59,211 nt of DNA, from the IMG/VR virus record IMGVR_UViG_3300036770_005043, positions 1-59,211 of that record; one strand, given 5' to 3'. This DNA comes from a virus (Duplodnaviria; Caudoviricetes). Each line of letters begins with the position of its first letter. Position 1 is the first letter of the stretch. A program made the translations under genes and the position numbers. The notes beneath the pieces were generated by a model that saw only the letters and a program-made list of their open reading frames with translations, ran no database searches and was not told the DNA's origin. Positions 26,583-34,068 of the stretch are shown in pieces.

Positions 26583-26860
26583 GTAACTAGTGTAACGGAG
26601 GCAACTTCAGGGCGTCCAGCCTATTTGAGGCGATTTTATATAGCTATTTCTAGACATTGGACACGTTCAAACGTAGCAATTTGAGACGCCATTGCATCCC
26701 AGAGAAATTACACCATTACACTTCTAAAAACATACTGTAACCATACTTAACTCATTGTTTCTATTAGGTTATTACACCATTACATTGCACTACTACTATT
26801 TGTTGCTTTTGAACGTGTCTAAAGTGGCTGAGAGGCTATAAGAAACCCCCTGTAATGCCC
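26582..26860. other. Candidate replication origin
   Basis: AT-rich non-coding block; ATTACACCATTACA twice (26707-26720, 26771-26784); multiple TTACA/TGTAA; flanking 12-bp inverted repeat GACACGTTCAAA (26660-26671 / 26808-26819). Confidence 0.55.
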
Positions 26861-27033
26861 TTGACCCGTGATCCGCGGCCCTTTCTGTCTCATCCACACA
26901 ACAAAACCCCCTCTCTTGTCTCCTTTCTACAACAAACTTGCCTTTCCGCCTCCCCCTCCCCCATAATGCGCAAAGCCCAAGTGCTGCAAACACTCGGGCT
27001 TCACTTCCCAGCCGTTGTATGGAGCACAACCGC

Positions 27034-27342
27034 ATGAGCAGACCTGATGATAACACCCTAGAAACCATCCGCGCCTCGCTGGAATACCACGACACCGCCG
27101 TCGGCGCCCTCATCTGGAAGATCGGCCGCAAGAAAGGCGAACTCGCAGGGTCCTTCGTCGGCCCCCACAAAGAGCTTCGCGTACGCGTTAACGGCCAGTC
27201 CCTGTCCGCCGCCAAGATCGTCTGGTTCTTGGTCCTTGGCTGGTGGCCCGAGAACCGTCTCCGCCGTGTCAATCTCGACTACGACGACATCCGAATCGAC
27301 AACCTAGAAGAAACTCACCGCCGCGAGGGCCCAGGGCGGTAA
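27034..27342 (+). CDS. Degenerate HNH endonuclease-like protein
   Basis: L.Y...G.L.WK...G..AGS..., ...IVW....G.WP...; the usual DHIN...DNR..NL reads RRVN...DIRIDNL; GGAG RBS; TTGCCT-18-CATAAT upstream. Confidence 0.7.
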   Translation: MSRPDDNTLETIRASLEYHDTAVGALIWKIGRKKGELAGSFVGPHKELRVRVNGQSLSAAKIVWFLVLGWWPENRLRRVNLDYDDIRIDNLEETHRREGPGR

Positions 27343-27370
27343 AAAAACCCCGCCTCTCTCGAGGCGGGGT
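27341..27370 (-). terminator. Terminator between convergent genes
   Basis: ACCCCGCCTC-GAGA-GAGGCGGGGT followed by a T-run on the minus strand. Confidence 0.85.
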
Positions 27371-27419
27371 CCGTGGCACGTGAGCAGGGGTTGCTCACAA
27401 GTGGTAGCGGCCACGCAAC

Positions 27420-27647
27420 CTACTGGACGTCCCCTCCCATCGCCTCGCGAAAACGCCCCTCCAGCATCCTCGCCGCCATACTGGCAGGCATGACGTCCCC
27501 AAACTCAATGTCAGAGAACTCCCGCGGCCCCTGTAGGAGGCCGGGGATATACAGCACCGGCCCGATCATGGCGTACTGCACGCCATCCAGCGTCACCACC
27601 GTGACCTGCACCAGCCGATCGTCGTCCTCTGTCGTCACGAGATTCAT
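27420..27647 (-). CDS. Hypothetical protein
   Basis: Coupled ORF with RBS. Confidence 0.65.
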   Translation of the reverse strand: MNLVTTEDDDRLVQVTVVTLDGVQYAMIGPVLYIPGLLQGPREFSDIEFGDVMPASMAARMLEGRFREAMGGDVQ

Positions 27648-27829
27648 CCCGTCTTCTCCTCAATCCCTGCAAGCTGCTTGCGTAACCGCGTGAGCTCCTC
27701 GGTCAGCGCCTCCGCGAAGACCGCCTGTACCTCAATGCGTCGCCGCAACCCGTAGATATACTCCCTCAAGAGAACATTCTCCACCTGAATCGGCGGATCC
27801 TCGGTCGTCCAATTTAAGAAGGGCTTCAT
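27644..27829 (-). CDS. Hypothetical coiled-coil protein
   Basis: ATGA coupling. Confidence 0.65.
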   Translation of the reverse strand: MKPFLNWTTEDPPIQVENVLLREYIYGLRRRIEVQAVFAEALTEELTRLRKQLAGIEEKTG

Positions 27830-28302
27830 CGTGGCGTCCCCCGTAATCGATCGGCGACAAGTGTCGCGTAACCGGCAATGTCATCCCAGTTGTCAATCTT
27901 ATTGGGATTGCCGTTCACAATGCGAGAAAGCTTCGTCGCAATCATTTCAAGCGCCTCCCATTGGTCCTCCCCCATCACCGTCCCTGCCTCGTGAGCATGG
28001 TCCGTGATCACCGATTTGAGCTTCTGCGCAAGTCGCGCATTGTCCACAAAGAGACCGTAGTCCTTGGCCCGTGAGCCGAGGATCGTGTCAATCTCTGAGA
28101 AGACCTCTTTGAAAGTCAAGGCCACGCCGTCCTCATCGGATTCTTTGTTCATCTCGTCGCGAATGCAGAAAACATCGGAAAAACTAGCATTAAAATGACC
28201 GCATACTGAGGCAATCGTCGCAGCAGGGTTATCAAAGAAATACTGCCTGATCAAAACTTTAAGCTCAGGAGTCATCTCCTGAAGCGGTGTTGGCTCATTC
28301 AT
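27826..28302 (-). CDS. DUF6378-like protein with N-terminal extension
   Basis: IL..R...YG, EALEMI..KLSRI.NG.P...DNWDDIAGYA motif. Confidence 0.75.
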   Translation of the reverse strand: MNEPTPLQEMTPELKVLIRQYFFDNPAATIASVCGHFNASFSDVFCIRDEMNKESDEDGVALTFKEVFSEIDTILGSRAKDYGLFVDNARLAQKLKSVITDHAHEAGTVMGEDQWEALEMIATKLSRIVNGNPNKIDNWDDIAGYATLVADRLRGTPR

Positions 28303-28351
28303 CCCTCGCTCTCCTTTCTCATGTGGGAGAGCCTTTGTAGCATGAAACGAA

Positions 28352-28726
28352 TTAAAGCTTCAACTTCTTTCTTTTGCGATGGCGCGTACGGTGCTCGTTC
28401 CAGTGCAGGATTCGATGGCAATTAGCACAAAGCGGAATGCAATTCTCTGTCGCTTCTTTGATGGCAAGCGGAAGGTTATTGTTTCGGCTCACAAGCTCCT
28501 GCACCGCATGCTCCTTGGTCCCTGGGTGGTGAAAGTCGATCACCGCAGGGTGCTGCATCCCACAATGCGCGCATCGCTGCTTCGCCTTAAACGCCGTCCA
28601 CTCCGCCCGTATCCGATCCTTCTGCTGCCTCGATCGCCGGATCTGCTGCGCCTTATTCTTGAGATAATGCCGGCGGGAATACGCCCTCTGGCGCTCGCGC
28701 CGTGTCTCAGGGTCCTTGTACGGCAT
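28352..28726 (-). CDS. HNH endonuclease
   Basis: C.HCG..HP...DFHH...C.PLCANCHR..H motif; basic N-terminal helix. Confidence 0.8.
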   Translation of the reverse strand: MPYKDPETRRERQRAYSRRHYLKNKAQQIRRSRQQKDRIRAEWTAFKAKQRCAHCGMQHPAVIDFHHPGTKEHAVQELVSRNNNLPLAIKEATENCIPLCANCHRILHWNEHRTRHRKRKKLKL

Positions 28727-28729
28727 GAC

Positions 28730-29158
28730 CTAAAGCGCCCGCTTCCAATAGAGCGTCTTGGCGTAAGCGTACTCGATCGGCGGGGTGTAAAGCTTGAAGC
28801 CACAGGCGATGAGGTTATTGGCGCTGGGATGGTTATCCGTCGTATCGGACACCGCAAGCTTGTAGCCCGCTCGCCGTGCCCAGTTGAGCCGCACGCGGAT
28901 AAGACGCTTCTGTAAGCCCTGCCCTCGGTACGCGGGCAGGAGCCCAGATCGGGAGAGGTAAATCCCGCGGGCGTGCTGGAGGGAGGGCGTCGCACAGGCA
29001 AACCCCACGTGCAACGAGCCGTGGTCCATGAGCCACCAGACGCCGTCTTCCGGAAAGTACAACCGATCCGAAGGAAGACAGGCCTTCTGTAGCGTCGTCA
29101 AAAGGCGTCGCCCAGCGTCGCCCTTCGCCGAGATGCGATAACACCGAAAACCCCCCAT
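28730..29158 (-). CDS. GNAT family acetyltransferase
   Basis: YLSRSG.LP.YRGQGLQKRLI acetyl-CoA motif A; N..S.NNLI.CGF.LY. Confidence 0.85.
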   Translation of the reverse strand: MGGFRCYRISAKGDAGRRLLTTLQKACLPSDRLYFPEDGVWWLMDHGSLHVGFACATPSLQHARGIYLSRSGLLPAYRGQGLQKRLIRVRLNWARRAGYKLAVSDTTDNHPSANNLIACGFKLYTPPIEYAYAKTLYWKRAL

Positions 29159-29184
29159 AACGGGGGAAAGTATAAAATAAAAAG

Positions 29185-29484
29185 TTAGATCGGGGAGTGG
29201 TAGTCGATGACCAATTGGACCGCGGCGATATAGCGGTCGAGCTCCGCAAGGTCGGCGGCTTTGTCTTGGGAAAAGACCGCCGTGCCACGGCCCGTGGCAC
29301 GTTTGCGACGGTCCGCTTTCAGGTTATCCAGCGTCTGGTTCAGCATGTAAAGCGTACAGTGCTCCATGAACTCCACCGGAAGCTCAATCAGATAGTCCCC
29401 TTTTGGGACCTTCTGCTTACGGGCCTTCTTGGTCTCAGGGTGGTCCTTGCCGAGGATCTTCTCGAGCACCGCTTGGCGGCTCAT
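29185..29484 (-). CDS. Hypothetical protein
   Basis: Start MSRQAV at 29484 by ATGA overlap; GGAGG RBS. Confidence 0.65.
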   Translation of the reverse strand: MSRQAVLEKILGKDHPETKKARKQKVPKGDYLIELPVEFMEHCTLYMLNQTLDNLKADRRKRATGRGTAVFSQDKAADLAELDRYIAAVQLVIDYHSPI

Positions 29485-29702
29485 GACAGGACCTCCACGT
29501 GGGACTCCGTCTCGATCCACACCCGAGCGCCGCAGGAGAGCGGCTTGTCAGGGGAGTAGACCACCCGCGACGGGCCGTTAATGACGACGTCCTTGGCGTA
29601 GGTATTGGATTTATAGTTCTTAATCGTCAGCACCGGCTCCTGCGTCCCGTTCTTCAGGTTCTTGCGGATGACGTGCTGGTTCACGTGGATGATCGTCTTC
29701 AT
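29481..29702 (-). CDS. Conserved small phage protein (IHVNQH.IR.N...PLSCGARVWIET)
   Basis: Widely seen phage motif. Confidence 0.8.
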   Translation of the reverse strand: MKTIIHVNQHVIRKNLKNGTQEPVLTIKNYKSNTYAKDVVINGPSRVVYSPDKPLSCGARVWIETESHVEVLS

Positions 29703-29914
29703 GGCGCTATCCCTCGTTTCCGAATCTCAAACACGACAATCGGGGCATCCCATTCTTCCGCAATCTTAATACACTCCGCCCGCTCTGCGCCGGCCACCAT
29801 CGCCGCGAAGGTCTCCAATTGCTCGACGGTCGTCAACCTAAAGTCAAACGGGTTGTCGTTACCGTGCAAGAGGATCGCCTCTTGGGCCATGGCAATGATC
29901 TCATCGCGGGTCAT
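29699..29914 (-). CDS. MTRD-start small protein 4
   Basis: MTRDEIIAMA...LE.FA..V..AER..C. Confidence 0.7.
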   Translation of the reverse strand: MTRDEIIAMAQEAILLHGNDNPFDFRLTTVEQLETFAAMVAGAERAECIKIAEEWDAPIVVFEIRKRGIAP

Positions 29915-30150
29915 GACGCTTTCCTCCCACGGATGGCATTGGCCACACCACTCGGACATGACTCACAAGTTGGCTCGTAACTCTCAGCCACCAACGCACA
30001 CGCCTCACGCTCGGCTGCGGCAACGAGGGCGGCAAAGCGTTCAACGTCCATACACAACGGCATAATCGATTCATTTTTCTGGTACGGGCTGTGGCGACCT
30101 GTCGCCGCTCCTGCCTCTCGCGCCAGTCGGATGATGTCGTCGCGGGTCAT
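29911..30150 (-). CDS. MTRD-start small protein 3
   Basis: MTRDDIIRLAREAG...ERFAALVAAAEREACA. Confidence 0.75.
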   Translation of the reverse strand: MTRDDIIRLAREAGAATGRHSPYQKNESIMPLCMDVERFAALVAAAEREACALVAESYEPTCESCPSGVANAIRGRKAS

Positions 30151-30359
30151 GGCTTCTTCTCCGTGACTTCAGACACACCAAGCCCAACTATCTTTTCAAA
30201 GCAGCACTCCATGCAGAAATGCCTGACATTGCCGTCGGCAACGCGGTTGAATGTAACGACGCTGGTGATCGTCCCGTGAACGGGGCAATCGTATTCGGGT
30301 TGCACAATGACCATACGATCTCCTTCCATCGCCCATCCGATACTGTAGTCGCGGGTCAT
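30147..30359 (-). CDS. MTRD-start small protein 2 (CPVHG...CMEC)
   Basis: Internal start MTRDYS at 30359. Confidence 0.65.
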   Translation of the reverse strand: MTRDYSIGWAMEGDRMVIVQPEYDCPVHGTITSVVTFNRVADGNVRHFCMECCFEKIVGLGVSEVTEKKP

Positions 30360-30439
30360 AGCACCGCCCTCATCAGTGCAAAACCAAGCATGAAAGACAC
30401 TACACACAGGGCTGCATCTATCCATTCTTCGCGGGTCAT
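30356..30439 (-). CDS. MTRE-start 27-aa hydrophobic peptide
   Basis: Read by hand: MTREEWIDAALCVVSFMLGFALMRAVL; AGGAGG RBS; ATGA overlaps on both sides. Confidence 0.6.
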   Translation of the reverse strand: MTREEWIDAALCVVSFMLGFALMRAVL

Positions 30440-30612
30440 GGCTTGTCCTCCTGAGCCAGCGCAGCACGAAGGTTCAGGATCTTCTCCGAAAGATCCCCGT
30501 CCTGCTCGATCTCTTCCAAATCCCGACAGCTACCCCACTCGGCGTCGATCATGACAGCCCATCTCTCGAGTAACTTCAGCGCATCTTCTGCGGCGTTGCG
30601 TAAATCGCTCAT
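30436..30612 (-). CDS. Hypothetical protein (MSDLRNAA..AL...LRAAL)
   Basis: AGAAAGGAGA RBS. Confidence 0.7.
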   Translation of the reverse strand: MSDLRNAAEDALKLLERWAVMIDAEWGSCRDLEEIEQDGDLSEKILNLRAALAQEDKP

Positions 30613-30632
30613 CGTCTTTCTCCTTTCTATAC

Positions 30633-30830
30633 TTAAGGCTCTCTCACCCATTCATTGTTTCGGGCCTGCTCGTCTCGGAGCTGCTCCTCGAGGTCCTTGA
30701 TCCGTGAGACATAGTACTTGATCCGTTCACGAAGATCCCGAATCTCATGCTGATACTCACTGACCGTATGCGATCGCGCATCCCACTCACGCTCCCATGC
30801 GCCCGCCTCGGATTCTTTGTCCACCATCAT
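30633..30830 (-). CDS. Hypothetical coiled-coil protein
   Basis: Coupled ORF. Confidence 0.65.
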   Translation of the reverse strand: MMVDKESEAGAWEREWDARSHTVSEYQHEIRDLRERIKYYVSRIKDLEEQLRDEQARNNEWVREP

Positions 30831-31006
30831 AAAAACCCCCGTGCCGCGTAATAGCCAAGTGCCACTCCAACCAAAAGCCCCACTAGCAGTAAGGCAATCT
30901 CCACAGCAATCCCGTCCTTCTCCCGATCTCGGTAGGCGAGGATCACCTGCTGCATGTACTCCACTTCTGCTTCAAGCTCCGTGATCCGTTCGTAGAGGTC
31001 CTTCAA
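30827..31006 (-). CDS. Small membrane protein (coil plus C-terminal TM helix)
   Basis: Read by hand: TTG start, KDLYERITELEAE...IALLLVGLLVGVALGYYAARGFL. Confidence 0.55.
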   Translation of the reverse strand: MKDLYERITELEAEVEYMQQVILAYRDREKDGIAVEIALLLVGLLVGVALGYYAARGFL

Positions 31007-31116
31007 AAGTAATCCCTCCCTCCTCGAGAACAGCGCCAGTTGGGGTTAGGCACATGCCGCCAGGAATAATCCCGACACGCCTTAAACTCCCGCCACAGTC
31101 GTCGCAAGGTTCGCAT
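31003..31116 (-). CDS. Small hypothetical peptide
   Basis: Read by hand: MRTLRRLWREFKACRDYSWRHVPNPNWRCSRGGRDYF; overlapping stop/start on both sides. Confidence 0.45.
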   Translation of the reverse strand: MRTLRRLWREFKACRDYSWRHVPNPNWRCSRGGRDYF

Positions 31117-31298
31117 CATCGCTTTTCCCTCAACGCTTTGGTATGCAGCCAGCCATTGGCCGTGGGCCGATAACCCACCGCCACGAGCGCCTCTTCGCTA
31201 CGGCAATAGCCGTCCTTGCGCTTATGCAACCGGAAACTATCGGGATTAGCAAACACCTGTTTGCATTCCGTACATCGTCGAACTCTGGGTGTCGTCAT
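31116..31298 (-). CDS. Small Zn-finger protein (FDXHR-like)
   Basis: C..C...F.....F..H....C motif. Confidence 0.7.
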   Translation of the reverse strand: MTTPRVRRCTECKQVFANPDSFRLHKRKDGYCRSEEALVAVGYRPTANGWLHTKALREKR

Positions 31299-31489
31299 TT
31301 CTCTCTTTCTCCTAGCATTGCATCGGCCATAAAGTAGGCCCGCTCCGCGATCAAAAGCTCATTCTCGAGCTTGGTCTTGGCGATGATTGCTTTCATCGCT
31401 TCGATCGCCATGTGATCGCGTAACGTCAGCCCACCGTGTAATTTAATCTGTCCTGAATCATCCACAATCCTATCAGGAAAAATATTCAT
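31295..31489 (-). CDS. Conserved small phage protein (G.TLRD..A..AM...AY..ADAML..R)
   Basis: Common phage motif. Confidence 0.8.
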   Translation of the reverse strand: MNIFPDRIVDDSGQIKLHGGLTLRDHMAIEAMKAIIAKTKLENELLIAERAYFMADAMLGEREK

Positions 31490-31492
31490 TTT

Positions 31493-31723
31493 TTACTCTT
31501 TGGTATAAAACTCTAATATTTCATCTTCGATCAACATCCTCTGTTCCTCTGGGATGGCCTTCGTAATATTGATCTTCTTAGTTTTGCCGTTTTTCTGTTT
31601 AAAGAGAACGTTAATCTCCGTAATGTCCACCATACCCGGCAGGACTGCACCACTGACATAAAGCGGATCCAGATTCTCATAGAGCACCTCGACGTCTAGG
31701 GTAAGTTCGGTGTCATGCTTCAT
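31493..31723 (-). CDS. Hypothetical protein
   Basis: Start MKHDTE after a GGGAG RBS. Confidence 0.65.
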   Translation of the reverse strand: MKHDTELTLDVEVLYENLDPLYVSGAVLPGMVDITEINVLFKQKNGKTKKINITKAIPEEQRMLIEDEILEFYTKE

Positions 31724-32147
31724 CGCGTGTCTCCCGTGCATTGATTCGCGCTAGAAGCTCCGCTTCTTTGTAGGTCTTTTCAAACAGCTCATCGATCAAA
31801 GGCGTGATAATGGCGCCCATCCCCGCCTTGTAGAACTTCTGAAGCTCTTTGATCTTGTGGTACGTCTCCATATGGATGGAGATCGTCTTGAAACTTACCC
31901 GCGTTCGCTTGGAAGGCGAGTAGCGGCCTGGGTACCGGTACTTTCGCTTCCGTCGATTGCGCCATGTGTACGCCTTCAGCTCTTGAAGGCGCTCGCGCGC
32001 AGACTCATCGCCTTCCTCGACGCGCTTGGTTAAGCGCTGGACCCCGAGCCGCGGGAAACGCTTGTTGAAGTCGTCGTAGTTAAGATTCATCCACTTCAAG
32101 CCCTTTGGCAAAGGCTTTTTGGAAGCTTGTGGTTTGGGTGAACTCAT
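31713..32147 (-). CDS. Basic protein with C-terminal ribbon-helix-helix-like segment
   Basis: FKTISIHMETYHKIKEL...II..LID pattern; first gene after a promoter. Confidence 0.55.
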   Translation of the reverse strand: MSSPKPQASKKPLPKGLKWMNLNYDDFNKRFPRLGVQRLTKRVEEGDESARERLQELKAYTWRNRRKRKYRYPGRYSPSKRTRVSFKTISIHMETYHKIKELQKFYKAGMGAIITPLIDELFEKTYKEAELLARINARETRDEA

Positions 32148-32170
32148 AAGTGTCTCCTTTCTTGATTTCT

Positions 32171-32199
32171 ACCCTAACAGCTCGATACCAGAGATGCAA
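32171..32199 (-). promoter_or_regulatory. Sigma70-like promoter
   Basis: TTGCAT-17-TAGGGT with TG extension. Confidence 0.55.
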
Positions 32200-34068
32200 C
32201 TACGATTTCGCTTCGCCCCACGAAGGACCAATCTCAACATCCACTCGGGAGGGGACCTCGAGCGTCACAGCCTCCCGCATGATCCGTGCGGCTTCCTCCG
32301 CTTCTTCGCGGGTGTTGACGCTGACGGCTACTTCGTCATGCACCTGAAGGAGAAGACGAAAGCCGGCTTTGTTGAGCGCCACCATCGCGGCTTTGGTCTG
32401 ATCCGCGGCGGATCCCTGAATGAGGCGGTTGAGGCCCTTGTAGGTCATCGCCCGCTTGATCCTTGGTCCGTATTCCACGACGGCTTGCTCACGCGGCAGT
32501 GCCTTGTTCACGCCCCATTCGATCGGTTCCCAGAGCGGGAAGCGGCACTTGCGTCCCAAGAGCGTGCGGATCGAACCATTGGAGGCAGGATGCTCGATGC
32601 GACGCATGACCGCATCGATCGTCCCGCGAAGGAAAGGCACCTTGGCATGGAAGGTCCCAATCAGCTCGCCGGCTTCATCCAAGGGTAGGTCAAGCGAGTT
32701 AGCTAACTTCTGCTTGCCCATGCCGTACATGAGGCCAAGGCCAATGGTCTTGGCGGCCTTACGGGAAATACCTGCGAGGTCCGCTACCATTTGGTGGAAG
32801 TCGGTGTCGGGGTTGGTGCGATAGGCATCGGCCATACGTTCCGCCCCAGGAAGCTCCAGTAGCGCCGCGTAGTGCACCAAGAGCCGTGGTTCTTGAGCCG
32901 AGAAGTCATTCGCCGCCCAGAGCTGGCCCTCTTCGGGAAGAAAGAGCGAGCGGACCATCGGGCCGATCACCTCATGGCGAGCGGGCACCTGCTGGAGGTT
33001 GGGGTTATTCATCGACAGACGCCCTGTCACCGTGCCGCCGCCCTCGGAGCGGAGCTGGTTAATATGCGGATGGATCCGCCCATCAGCGCTACTGTGGTCG
33101 AGATACGGCCCCAAGAACGTGCCGTGCGTCTTGTTGAACTCCCGCGCTTCGATAATCAGCTTGGCCACAGGATGCTCGTGGGAGTCCAAGAAGGTCTTCG
33201 TGAAGCTTGGAAGGCCGGTCGCGGTCTTGGGGTACGGCAACCCGAGCTTGTCAAAGGCCTTGGCGATGCTCGCCGCGGCCCAGATGTCAACTTTTTCGCC
33301 AGAAATTAACTTGATCTGTTTGATATGTTCGTTTTCTTGACGTTTGAAATCCTGAATCAGCTTCTCGCAGTGGTCTCTATCGAAACGGATACCTTGATAG
33401 GTGAGGTCGATTAAGACGGGCAGGAGCTCTGTCTCGAGCGTGAAGATGGATTCCACTTCCTCTTTGCGCAGGAGCGGCTTTAGGTGATGCCAAAGCTTGA
33501 GCGTTAGCGCGGCGTCTTGCTCGGCGTAGTCGCCGACGTACATCGCGGGGAGCTTCCAAAGCTCTTTCTTTGCGTGCACGCCAAAGTCGGAGGCGGCGTC
33601 TTTGAGTCCTTGTTCGGACTTAACCTCTTTGAGGTAATCAAACCCCAGACTGTTGAGCGCATAGCTGTAGCGGTTCTCATCCAAGAGCGGCGCCGCCAGC
33701 ATAGTATCGTATATGTTACCATTGACCGTGAACCCTGAAGCGCGAAGCCAGCCTAAATCATAGGCCGCATTGTGCATGATCTTATCGCAGGGTAATTCAA
33801 GGACTTTCTTGATCCAACGATTGACGATCCTCTCATCGAGGTTGCCACCACCTTGGTGCGCGATCGGGAAGTAGCCCTTCCAGCCATCCACTGCCACCGC
33901 GTAGCCGACGATGAAGCCATCCTTGCGAGGCCAGCCTGGGCCCATCGACTCCATGTGCGGATCGCAGGTTTCCAAGTCGATCGCAATCTCTGTCGCCGCG
34001 GAAAGGTCGGGGAAAGAAGAAGGAGGCACCCACTCAGACGGGCGTTGGAAGAGAGGGACACTATTCAT
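32200..34068 (-). CDS. polA: DNA polymerase family A with 3'-5' exonuclease
   Basis: DLET and HNAAYD exonuclease motifs, TGRLS..PNLQQ, DFSAQEPR motif A, KTIGLGLMYG motif B, QVHDE motif C. Confidence 0.95.
   Translation of the reverse strand: MNSVPLFQRPSEWVPPSSFPDLSAATEIAIDLETCDPHMESMGPGWPRKDGFIVGYAVAVDGWKGYFPIAHQGGGNLDERIVNRWIKKVLELPCDKIMHNAAYDLGWLRASGFTVNGNIYDTMLAAPLLDENRYSYALNSLGFDYLKEVKSEQGLKDAASDFGVHAKKELWKLPAMYVGDYAEQDAALTLKLWHHLKPLLRKEEVESIFTLETELLPVLIDLTYQGIRFDRDHCEKLIQDFKRQENEHIKQIKLISGEKVDIWAAASIAKAFDKLGLPYPKTATGLPSFTKTFLDSHEHPVAKLIIEAREFNKTHGTFLGPYLDHSSADGRIHPHINQLRSEGGGTVTGRLSMNNPNLQQVPARHEVIGPMVRSLFLPEEGQLWAANDFSAQEPRLLVHYAALLELPGAERMADAYRTNPDTDFHQMVADLAGISRKAAKTIGLGLMYGMGKQKLANSLDLPLDEAGELIGTFHAKVPFLRGTIDAVMRRIEHPASNGSIRTLLGRKCRFPLWEPIEWGVNKALPREQAVVEYGPRIKRAMTYKGLNRLIQGSAADQTKAAMVALNKAGFRLLLQVHDEVAVSVNTREEAEEAARIMREAVTLEVPSRVDVEIGPSWGEAKS

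Noticed and set aside
26915-26930. Orphan AGAAAGGAGA RBS on the minus strand
   Set aside because: No start codon at usable spacing and only a 24-codon ORF further on, so a gene cannot be supported
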